Assembly (NCBI GenBank): GCA_024626585.2
Contig: JANKJI020000002.1
Coordinates: forward strand, 271,052,328-271,071,120
DNA length: 18,793 bases
Direction of reading: 5' to 3'
Source: Ginkgo biloba
Taxonomy: Eukaryota; Plantae; Ginkgophyta
Shown piece after piece: positions 1-10,470 of this stretch; position 1 is the first letter of the stretch, and each line of letters opens with the position of its first letter. Under the pieces are notes generated by a model. That model was not told the DNA's origin. It ran no database searches and saw nothing but the letters and a program-made list of their open reading frames with translations. A program made the position numbers and the translations under genes.

Positions 1-1163
1 TCATTATATGGACACTTAAATCATGTTATCTTTCCACATTAGATATTTTCAGACCCTTAACCATATGTTAGTGGGCCTTGGTTAGACATCCATGTTATAC
101 ATCTTGCCTTGCCTTTTTAATATTTATAACTTAGATTCATGATCTAGGGAAAGCCTATATCACTATATTACCCCCACAGTTAAGGTCAGAAGGCTCATTT
201 ATCATATAAATACCTATCATGGATAAAACATAAGGGGCATGGGAAATTTCTAATTATATAATCTCATCTAATTTATGGTTGATATTGTATCATCAGACTC
301 TATCAGAAGTTATTAATAAGGCTTGGAGTATTTTATATGGAAAATATTATCAAAGTATAATTTCATACTAGAGATATTAATAGAATACATATTATGTGTG
401 ATTATTTCTTCTAAAGAGAAGGAAGAAGGATTGGTATTCATCCGAGGTATTACTCCTCATTTGATGAGAACATTTCATGCAACCATATCATCTTATTTAT
501 TAAGAAATATTCTCTTTATATAAATTATGTCTAATTTATATATGACTTTCCTTCTCAATGTGTGATTTATTTCAACTATAACATTTATTTCCTTATGGTA
601 CATATAATTTTCTTGTATATCTTGTTACATACATTTCTTAAGTTTGGATATCCCTCCAAGAGTTCAAATCAAGCCATCCAAAGGAGAATAATTTTGCATA
701 AGTATTTTACCCTCTAGAACATTCATATATGTTTTATATATTTATTCCATTAATGACTTCATCCTATTTTCACATTCTATAAGGGTGATTTTGGGCATAA
801 ACATTCCTTTATCCACATGACCTCCACTCTAGGTGATACTCCTTATTAAGTCTCTTAATATCTTAATGGATATCCCTTCTTAGGATATTCAACCATGTGA
901 CCTCCCCTATAAGTTCTAAACATACTTAGGCTATTAATCCCTCCTTCGTTCATTAATTCATCCCCTTTAAGGGAGTAGTGTACCATATGTATTAGTCCAT
1001 TAAATGTGGTAATTACTTCTATACTATGTATGAAGTTATCCATTTATTTTGATGTGGATACTATCCCTTATTTTCCAACAAGAAATAATAAATACTATTA
1101 TACCTTATGATGTTTCATCTTACCAGGAGAGGGCTAGTACATGGTTCTATGGGTTAATCTTGT
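1..1163 (-). mobile_element. Possible highly degenerate retrotransposon gag-like remnant
   Basis: Weak minus-strand motifs (LNSWRDI near 650-670; NCGGN near 168-182) and near-total CpG loss. Identity and strand are uncertain. Confidence 0.25.
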
Positions 1164-1795
1164 TNNNNNNNNNNNNNNNNNNNNNNNNNNNNNNNNNNNN
1201 NNNNNNNNNNNNNNNNNNNNNNNNNNNNNNNNNNNNNNNNNNNNNNNNNNNNNNNNNNNNNNNNNNNNNNNNNNNNNNNNNNNNNNNNNNNNNNNNNNNN
1301 NNNNNNNNNNNNNNNNNNNNNNNNNNNNNNNNNNNNNNNNNNNNNNNNNNNNNNNNNNNNNNNNNNNNNNNNNNNNNNNNNNNNNNNNNNNNNNNNNNNN
1401 NNNNNNNNNNNNNNNNNNNNNNNNNNNNNNNNNNNNNNNNNNNNNNNNNNNNNNNNNNNNNNNNNNNNNNNNNNNNNNNNNNNNNNNNNNNNNNNNNNNN
1501 NNNNNNNNNNNNNNNNNNNNNNNNNNNNNNNNNNNNNNNNNNNNNNNNNNNNNNNNNNNNNNNNNNNNNNNNNNNNNNNNNNNNNNNNNNNNNNNNNNNN
1601 NNNNNNNNNNNNNNNNNNNNNNNNNNNNNNNNNNNNNNNNNNNNNNNNNNNNNNNNNNNNNNNNNNNNNNNNNNNNNNNNNNNNNNNNNNNNNNNNNNNN
1701 NNNNNNNNNNNNNNNNNNNNNNNNNNNNNNNNNNNNNNNNNNNNNNNNNNNNNNNNNNNNNNNNNNNNNNNNNNNNNNNNNNNNNNNNNNNNNNN

Positions 1796-4700
1796 TCCAC
1801 TACGTGGAAATGTGCGCTTTGCCACATCATCATTGCTAAAATGCATGTATTTTAACATCATCAAGTGAATTTTCATTACGTTAGTTTTCTAAAAAAAATC
1901 CATATTTAGCCTCTAAAATTTCACAGATAGGTGGGATTCATCATTACTCAAAGACTACAAAGGTCAAAATTGGATTACCCCCCTGGATTTGATCAAATTG
2001 TTTATGCTGCATATTGACATCAAATCCTCCAACACCAAGTAGATACATCACCTTATCTTTTTGAATTGATACTTGAGATCATATCTTCCTTGAGTGATTC
2101 TTTGTAGTCTTGTCGCATGTCATTATGATGTTGTGGGAAACTTTTATCTTATTCATCCAACAATAAAGGATCATATAGCTTCACCTTTTCTACATTGAAG
2201 ACTAGATATAATACCATGCATAGAGGAAAATACAAATTGAAAGAATTTTATCAAAACTACTACAAGGTAGTATATGGTACATATCTAAGTGGCTTGATTT
2301 TTCTCTCCTTGAATTTAAAATATTTCCTTTAAAAAATACACCCAAACTCAAATGCCAACCTAGAAAGTATTTTATCTAGGTAAGAAATAAAGAGGAAGGA
2401 CAATTGTGTTATAATCCTACACACAATATAGGACTAAAATAAGAGTTAGGAGGTGAAATCCTAAATCTAGAGGCTAGAAGGACGATTAACATTAACTAGC
2501 ACTAAATAGGACTTATAACTAAGAACCCAAGTTTAGTTAGCTAAAATTATCTTTAAGAACCAAAAACACACCTCTTAACCAAGTGTTATGACCTCTAAAC
2601 TAAGGCACCTTATTTTTAAGTATAAAATATCCTTATTTAACCTCTTTTTCATCAATCATTCACCACATTTTATTTTAGAAGAAAGTATTATTTTTGGGTA
2701 GTAGGTGATCATAAATATACGATTACTCATGGTGGAAGGTTCCCTCCACCTTCTAATTCATAAGTATTCTATAGTTTTTGTCTATTTTTTAACTTTTTTA
2801 TATCATTATGTAGCTGAGTTATTATAGTTATCTGATTATTTCTAAGTGTATTCGTATTGGATATTGCTCATTTCTATGCATATAAACATTCTTTATCGGT
2901 GAAGTATTATTTTCTATATATTATTTAATAGTTTCCCATTTACGTCCCTATAAGTGGTATCAAATATTTAATAATCCTAGACTAAGAAATTTATATGGTA
3001 TAAATAAGACAAAAAATTAAATAGGAGGAAATATCCTTGAATTTCATACTACCACCTATGAAAAATTGAATTCTTATATTAATGATATTGACAAAAAGTT
3101 GTATGTTAAGATAACTATAGTGGATGAGAATATAAACAAAGTGGATGGTAAGATAAAATCAATAGATGACAAGATCAACCTAATCCTCACACAACTTGTC
3201 CCACTACCAGAAACTATTAGTAGGATTTCAAGTGATAGGGAACTTCTACACCAAGGAAAAAATACCTTTTAGGAGAAGTAGTAAGGAATAAGAAATAACA
3301 AGAAGAAGTTATTCAAGCAAGTAATGGAGATTCAGATACAATTTACAATTAAAAATCTAAAATTATAAATTTGATGATTCCATTGAANNNNNNNNNNNNN
3401 NNNNNNNNNNNNNNNNNNNNNNNNNNNNNNNNNNNNNNNNNNNNNNNNNNNNNNNNNNNNNNNNNNNNNNNNNNNNNNNNNNNNNNNNNNNNNNNNNNNN
3501 NNNNNNNNNNNNNNNNNNNNNNNNNNNNNNNNNNNNNNNNNNNNNNNNNNNNNNNNNNNNNNNNNNNNNNNNNNNNNNNNNNNNNNNNNNNNNNNNNNNN
3601 NNNNNNNNNNNNNNNNNNNNNNNNNNNNNNNNNNNNNNNNNNNNNNNNNNNNNNNNNNNNNNNNNNNNNNNNNNNAATATAAAGCAAGGATTAATGAATA
3701 CAATGTATGATAATTATATATTACAATACTAAGGGATAAAATAAGAGTATATGTCAAAATGTTCCAACCAAAAACCTTAGAAAAGGAAATCTTTGATGCA
3801 TAAAAGGTAGAATAAATTCATCAATCTTGTAATTTAAGATACCATCTAACTTAGATAAAGATCCTACACAATAAGCAAGGTGGTAGATCAACAGAAATAC
3901 TACAAGATAACCAAACTAATTATTTGAGGGGGAATTAACCAAATATGAAAGGAAGGATATGCTACTATTATAATGAACAATGGTCTCATAACCACAAATA
4001 TGCCTAAAAGAACTTGTTCATGGTAGAGGCCCAAAATAATAGGATGAGAGAATAAACAATGAACATACACTCATAGAAGAAAAAGAAGAAGATAGAGATC
4101 ATGATAATAATGATGACAACAAATTAATTAAGGACCCAATACCTAAGGCTACAATGGACTCTAGGGAGATAGAAATTTTATTTACATCCATGACAGGATT
4201 AAGGAAACTTGATATATTTAAAACAAATAGTTTCATCAAGAAAAACAAACTCCTAATGATGGTTAAACCTAAAATAATCCTAAAAATCCTTGACAAGAAG
4301 AAAATAAAATTAATATGGATTTAAGTAGACACAAGAGAAATATTCCCTATACATTTTCTAGGGCATATTCATTATATGTGTAAAGGAGTAGTAAATATTA
4401 TGGAGCTAAAACTAGGAGAGTACATGCATAAGGATTCATTCTACATGATAGAAGTAGGAGGAGTGGATGTGATATTAGGAGTATAATATATTATCAATTT
4501 AGAAATATACAAGATGAATCATAAGGAATAAATTATCATATTTAATATCTAAGTTTAGATATACACCATCAAGGGGATGAGGGATAGTATAAATAAGGTA
4601 TTCAAACCATAGAAAGTGAATAAAACTTTATGGAGGAGGAACTTTAGGTCTATAGATAGGATATGTTGTATGGAATATCTAGAAACTATCAACATAGAAG

Positions 4701-4946
4701 ACTCACTGACATANNNNNNNNNNNNNNNNNNNNNNNTAAAAAATTACCCAATAGACACCAACAAGTTTTTTAGGGATTATCAATGGAACTACCATCTGAT
4801 AGAGTGATGGAATATATCATTGAGGTAGTCCCTAGTAAAGGACCAATCATTATAAATCCCTACCACTATAAGCACCATAAAAAATATAAGATAAAAAGGT
4901 TAAATAATTATTTTTTGATGTTGAGGCTATTATATAAATTAAGATC
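1796..4946 (+). mobile_element. Degenerate Ty3/gypsy LTR retrotransposon, 5' part (putative LTR, PBS, gag, aspartic protease, start of RT)
   Basis: Gag-like LRDKIRVYVKMFQPKTLEKEIFDA (~3728-3800). Decayed knuckle CYYYNEQWSHNHKY (3960-4001). Protease-region DSFYMIEVGGVDVILGV*YIINL (4433-4501). Pre-RT ELPSDRVMEYIIEVVPSKGPIIINPYHY (4786-4870). The protease-then-RT order is gypsy-type. Many stops are present. The LTR left boundary is uncertain. Confidence 0.8.
2955..2966 (+). other. Degenerate tRNA-iMet primer binding site of the gypsy element
   Basis: TGGTATCAaata versus canonical TGGTATCAGAGC, just after a plausible decayed LTR end (tata for taca) and upstream of gag-like sequence. Confidence 0.55.
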
Positions 4947-6760
4947 NNNNNNNNNNNNNNNNNNNNNNNNNNNNNNNNNNNNNNNNNNNNNNNNNNNNNN
5001 NNNNNNNNNNNNNNNNNNNNNNNNNNNNNNNNNNNNNNNNNNNNNNCATCATCCTTGTCAAACTTCACTGACTCATCCATGTATTGCCATAGGTCATTTA
5101 GTAGTAGAAAATTCTTCATTTGATGTTTCCACACTACATAGTTCTCTACACAGTGAACTATTTGATTTTTAATGATTATGAGTGATTTATTTATTTTATT
5201 TTGTTTTAGGCTTAAAATATGTCTTCAGTCACCTCACAGGGTGCTAAAATCAGTTAAAAAATAATAAATTTTTTATCTACACGCAAGTAGCCAAAAAATA
5301 GTTCATATGACCTCGTATAAGTGAAAGGTAATGAAAAATCAAGAATAAGTGTGTCTTCAGAGTTTAAATATGACTGTCCAGGTGTTCAAAAAAAGGGATA
5401 ACCCCTTTCCTCATGTGATCGTGTTAGGTGATTAAGGTTTTTTAAATTTTAGACTTGAATTATTATCTAATTCAATTTAATTCGAGTTGAACTTTAGAAA
5501 AAAAATAAAATGGTAATTTTTTTTTCAATTTTTGAATTTTTGGCATGTTGTTCCTTCCCTTTCCACTTCGAATCTAGATTATTATCGATTTATGGGGTTG
5601 GATATAATGCACCAATACCTTCTCCCTTAGTGTCTCAAAGCTCTTTGAAGTTTTTAACAATCCTTGAAACTTCGGTGACTACACTATCTTTACAGACCTC
5701 ATGACCTTATCTGAGCTCCCAAACCCATGACATTTCACCAGGCTCTAATTCTTTCAAAGTATCCTGTAATAACTAAACTCAACCTCCTATGAGTTCACTT
5801 ACCCATGGTATCTCTAATACCTATCACCAATAGACCCATAACCTCAAAGGTATGGGATTTGGATCTATGGTGTCTAACCAGTGAACCCTCTCACCTATAA
5901 CTTTATCATAGATTTTTTGCATTCTTTCCTCATCTATGAATTCTACAACCATCAACTTTAATAGAATCCACCTAGCATTATTTAGCACCAACAAGTTCAA
6001 CCACTTTAATAGATTTCAAGCTACATATGATGCCACACCTAACCATTACCTTCAAGGTATGTCTTCCATTCGCATATCAATCGTGAAGGTCTTCTANNNN
6101 NNNNNNNNNNNNNNNNNNNNNNNNNNNNNNNNNNNNNNNNNNNNNNNNNNNNNNNNNNNNNNNNNNNNNNNNNNNNNNNNNNNNNNNNNNNNNNNNACAT
6201 CAAAAGCATTAGTGGTGAAGGAAGAATCACCACTTTCTCCAGAAGTGAAAAATAAGTTATCTCATTTATAATAAGATGTTTTAAGAATCTAGGGGGAATG
6301 TAGATCCATAAAAAGACAACTACAAGATAAGGATAAGGTTATATATGAGATACACCTTGATGCATAATAAAAGGACCAAGAAATCTCTAATAATATTGAT
6401 GAGATTTGAAGATTGAANNNNNNNNNNTCCTAGATCAACTTATAACCATTGTACAAGATCATTTTTCCTTAGCGAGAGCATTGGAAATGCATCAAAGGAA
6501 GAATAATTAATAGGATCCTAATTGGCAAGGTTAGAAGAGTTGCATAAGTATATTTCTACAAAGAAAGAGACCTTAGAGGAGTTTTATCAGGAACTCTCAA
6601 GAGTTACAAACACATCACAATGGATAAGTAAGGAAGTGATATTGTGATAGAAAAGNNNNNNNNNNTCCTTAGAATCATAGGCCTTAGAAAAAAGGGAGGT
6701 CCATTCTAGTGAGCATTTAAAGACCATTCAATTGGCACAACAAGATCAAAGACTAATCAA

Positions 6761-7385
6761 CAAGACCAAATCCACCCTCAAAGACACACTGTAATTTACT
6801 TGATCTTCATAATTATATATTCAAAATATTATTCCATCGATCATCTCCCTAATTTCCTTAGATTAGTATATGAGTCAAATTAAAATAAAATTAGATCATA
6901 TAACTAATGAAGGGATCTTAACTGTTAATATTCAGACATCTCCTACCCCTCTACAAGTAGACATAGGTAAGAAGATATTAGAGACCACAGTAATAAAAAA
7001 GTCCCAAGCATCCCCAAGTGATATATCCCTTCCCTTAGTGGGTCAATCTATTGGTTCAACCAGGGAAGTGGAGGCACCAAGAATTGACAAAGAGCACTTA
7101 GGAATTACTTTCCCTAATGAAGTTAAACTTGTCTTGGTTCCCCCTAAGGATCAAATCAAAGAGAAACTTCATGGTCCAACTAGGGAGACAACAAAGGCAA
7201 TGATAACATGGGAAATTCCATATCTCTCTAATGTAACTCACGTGGAAGAATCATCTTCTCCCACGCATCTGACCCACACTGAGCATTTGCCAAAAGTTAT
7301 AGAACCATCTGTAGGATCCCATAGAGATCCATAACATGGAAGTAAGAGGATATCTAAAAATGTAACCTGCTCCCCCTCCTCTAAG
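6761..7385 (+). repeat. ~620-bp diverged direct repeat, copy 1 (contains 154-aa ORF 6870..7334); probably retroelement-internal
   Basis: Collinear with 7611-8232 at an offset of about 849. A hand count gave 39 mismatches in a 177-nt block (~78% identity). Confidence 0.8.
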
Positions 7386-7610
7386 CACCGTTGGGGGTTT
7401 TCTTGAATGATTACTAGTTATGCTAAAATGAAATATTCTAGAATACTTGAACCACATATGCATAAAAACTAAGTCATGAATCTGTAAACCTTGTGAATAT
7501 AAATCTAAGANNNNNNNNNNNNNNNNNNNNNNNNNNNNNNNNNNNNNNNNNNNNNNNNNNNNNNNNNNNNNNNNNNNNNNNNNNNNNNNNNNNNNNNNNN
7601 NNNNNNNNNN

Positions 7611-8232
7611 AGGGCTAAAGCCACCCTCAAATATACACTATAATTTATTGGATCTTCACAATTAGATATTCAATAATTTTTGTCACCAACCATCTCCTTG
7701 ATGTCCTTAGATCAGGATATGAGTCAAATTAAAATGAAACTAGATCAGACAGTTGATAAAGGGGTCATATTTGTCAATATTTAGAGTTATCATTCTCCTC
7801 TAGGAGTAGGCACAATAGAGAAGACATTGGAGATCATAGCGAGAGAAAATACCTAAACATCCTCAAGTGATATATCCCTTCCCTTATTGGGTCAACCTTC
7901 AAGGTCAACTAAGGAAGTAGAGGTACCAAGAACCAATAAATAGAATTTAAAAATTATTTCCCCTAGTGAAGCTAAATTTATCCTGGATCCCTTATGGATC
8001 AACCTGAGGAGAAACTTCTTAGTCCATCTAGGGAGGAAGTAAAGTCAGGGGAAACTCGAAATATGTTGCATCTTGTTGATGTTTCTCACATAGAAGAATC
8101 ATCTTCTCCTATGCATCCAAGATACATTGATAATTTTCTAGAAGTCATAGAACCATCAATGGTTCCCATAAATATCCACACCATGGACCCATAAGGAGAT
8201 CTAGAAGTATAGGATGCCCCCTCTTCCTCAGT
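7611..8232 (+). repeat. ~620-bp diverged direct repeat, copy 2 (reading frame interrupted by stops)
   Basis: Shares ccaccctcaaa, atatgagtcaaattaaaat, caagtgatatatcccttccctta and gaagaatcatcttctcc with copy 1. ORF 7994..8194 is homologous to the C-terminal half of 6870..7334. Confidence 0.8.
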
Positions 8233-9299
8233 ACCTCTAGCACAAGCTCCACTTATTTATACAAGATTTTTTACATCCCCTTTAGTTCAATATGAATCCT
8301 CATTGAGTGAAACCAATGATGCTAAGAATTTTGAGGTAGTCCCCTTTACCGTCNNNNNNNNNNNNNNNNNNNNNNNNNNNNNNNNNNNNNNTAACCTAGA
8401 AGGGAAAGATAAGTAAAAGGAAATTCACTCTTTCTCTCGAATCCCTTTATAAGATACATACCAACTCATAACATCCAAGAATAGTTATTGGAACTACAAT
8501 AAGATCCCTCAAGAAATTTGTGCATGACAGCTAGTTGTCAAAAGGGACAAGAAGAAATTACTAGTAGTTACATAATGTCTCTAGGCATAACACTGTAAGA
8601 AACACAAGGAGTGAATTGTAAAAGGTTCCAANNNNNNNNNNNNNNNNNNNNNNNNNNNNNNNNNNNNNNNNNNNNNNNNNNNNNNNNNNNNNNNNNNNNN
8701 NNNNNNNNNNNNNNNNNNNNNNNNNNNNNNNGTCTAACTAGTGTATGTGATGATGAACTTACACCAACATGTTGTGATGAAAAATAAATTGGGACTACAG
8801 GTGGAGTAAGTGAATAAGGATTTCATGTTAAATCCCTTAATATGAAAAGTTGTACCTAAAATTGATGCATAAGGGTAAATAACCCTTTCATGGTCTCATG
8901 ACTCTTCTTAGATACTCTCTTCTCATTTTCTCATCTATCTTAGTTTAGTTTGTAACTAGTCCACTTAGTCCTCAAGCATACCCTCATCAAGGCTCTATAA
9001 CTTAATCTCTTCTTTATTATTTAGAAGAAAAATAAGAATTCTCTTAGGGTGGACCATGATCCCTCCCCTATTCTATGTGCCTTCCTTCAAAACTACATCT
9101 AGGCATGCACTCCTACCTATATCTCGAGTGGAAACCACATAGAAAAGAATAAAATTTAGAATTAAAACAAAAATGGATAAACTAAATTGATTACTTAACT
9201 TAAAATAACCATATGAAATGATATGTATATATGAAAGATAAAAGGAAATAATTTTTTTAGATATATCAATCTGATATTACTATTTAGAACCAAACTTAA

Positions 9300-9311
9300 G
9301 CTCTAGTACTA
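9300..9311 (-). other. Possible decayed PBS of a minus-strand LTR element (internal region to the left, LTR from ~9314 rightwards)
   Basis: Minus strand reads TAGTACTAGAGC, a 9/12 match to TGGTATCAGAGC, 2 nt from a CA dinucleotide. No clear protein motif supports it. Confidence 0.3.
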
Positions 9312-10008
9312 AATGATGTGACCATTTGGTAGGAGGCTGAAGCAATGACCTTTAGAAGGTATGGAAGTGTATGAATAATAAATATAAGGGGGTAATCAAC
9401 TTTGAAAAATTCTATAACACTAAACTGAGACACTTATATAATTCTCTTTCCACTATACGGCCAAAGAAATTCTCTGAAACACTCTTGGTTTGGAATTTTT
9501 TGNNNNNNNNNNTCTCCGCACACCTTTAGAGGGTGGTATTATGTTAGTGCATGCATTTTAGGAGAGCACAATGTTAGTGTGATCCTTATGAACAAACATA
9601 AGCATGGTATGATGCAAAAAAATATAATATGATAGTTAGAAGTCTAAAAATTCCTAACACAATTTTGAAGTCATGCACTTTCGTACACAACCTGAGATAA
9701 CGGCTCATACAAGCTCGCGGAGATGCAAAATCACCTGTAAAATATCATATAAAATNNNNNNNNNNNNNNNNNNNNNNNNNNNNNNNNNNNNNNNNNNNNN
9801 NNNNNNNNNNNNNNNNNNNNNNNNNNNNNNNNNNNNNNNNNNNNNNNNNNNNNNNATATGTGGTGGTTAGTCCTTCAAACACAAAAATAAAAACCGAGAT
9901 TAGAACTAAGTAACATGATTAATGTCCAATGTCCCTTTCTTTTGGAAGGGGACAATTAAACCAAACCGTCAAACTTCAGAGTTACACCGTGAAGTTACTC
10001 ACAGAGTG

Positions 10009-10014
10009 TTTATT
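10009..10014 (-). terminator. Candidate polyadenylation signal (AATAAA) of the GLXI-like gene
   Basis: AATAAA on the minus strand about 155 nt downstream of the stop codon. Confidence 0.4.
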
Positions 10015-10167
10015 CATAACATTCAACACACATATAGGTGATTAATTAAAATTTTGATTTTATGGATAAAAAACACACACTGGTACTCAAATTCCATCCC
10101 TGACAAGGGGATTCATCAAAGCAAATTTAATGCGCCGGTCCAGGTGCCGTGCATATGTGAACTCTTA

Positions 10168-10470
10168 TTATGGAACTCGAAGCATCTGCTGAGTAACGGT
10201 GGATCGGTCTGTTGATATGCATAAAGATGTTATTTGAGGCTGCATCCCATTCGGAGCAGAAATACGAGATGGTAACCTCAGACCGCAAGCAGCTGCAGAG
10301 CCCAACGGTACCACTGGTAAATTCTCGCAGTTGCAGATCTCAATCATGAAGCCATCGGGATCATGAAAGAAAAGCTGATCCACGAAAACTCCTCCTTCCT
10401 CGACAGTGCGCTTTACAATTGGGATATTCATCTCATGCAGCTTTCTCTCCACGACCGACATGTCCTCACA
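10168..10470 (-). CDS. GLXI-like exon 3 (terminal coding exon)
   Basis: Acceptor tttgcAG| after an 88-nt intron (10471-10558). 100 codons plus TAA. Corresponds to ORF 10168..10476 and contains [18 protein letters not shown]. Confidence 0.95.
   Translation of the reverse strand, partial: CEDMSVVERKLHEMNIPIVKRTVEEGGVFVDQLFFHDPDGFMIEICNCENLPVVPLGSAAACGLRLPSRISAPNGMQPQITSLCISTDRSTVTQQMLRVP

Noticed and set aside
1049-1876. Long ORFs in the track consisting mostly of X (also at 3332-3757, 16053-16440 and elsewhere)
   Set aside because: Artefacts of translating through N gaps.
9930-9954. Hairpin TGTCCCTTTC-ttttg-GAAGGGGACA as a Helitron 3' end or terminator
   Set aside because: No properly spaced CTRR terminus on either strand; a short imperfect stem can arise by chance.
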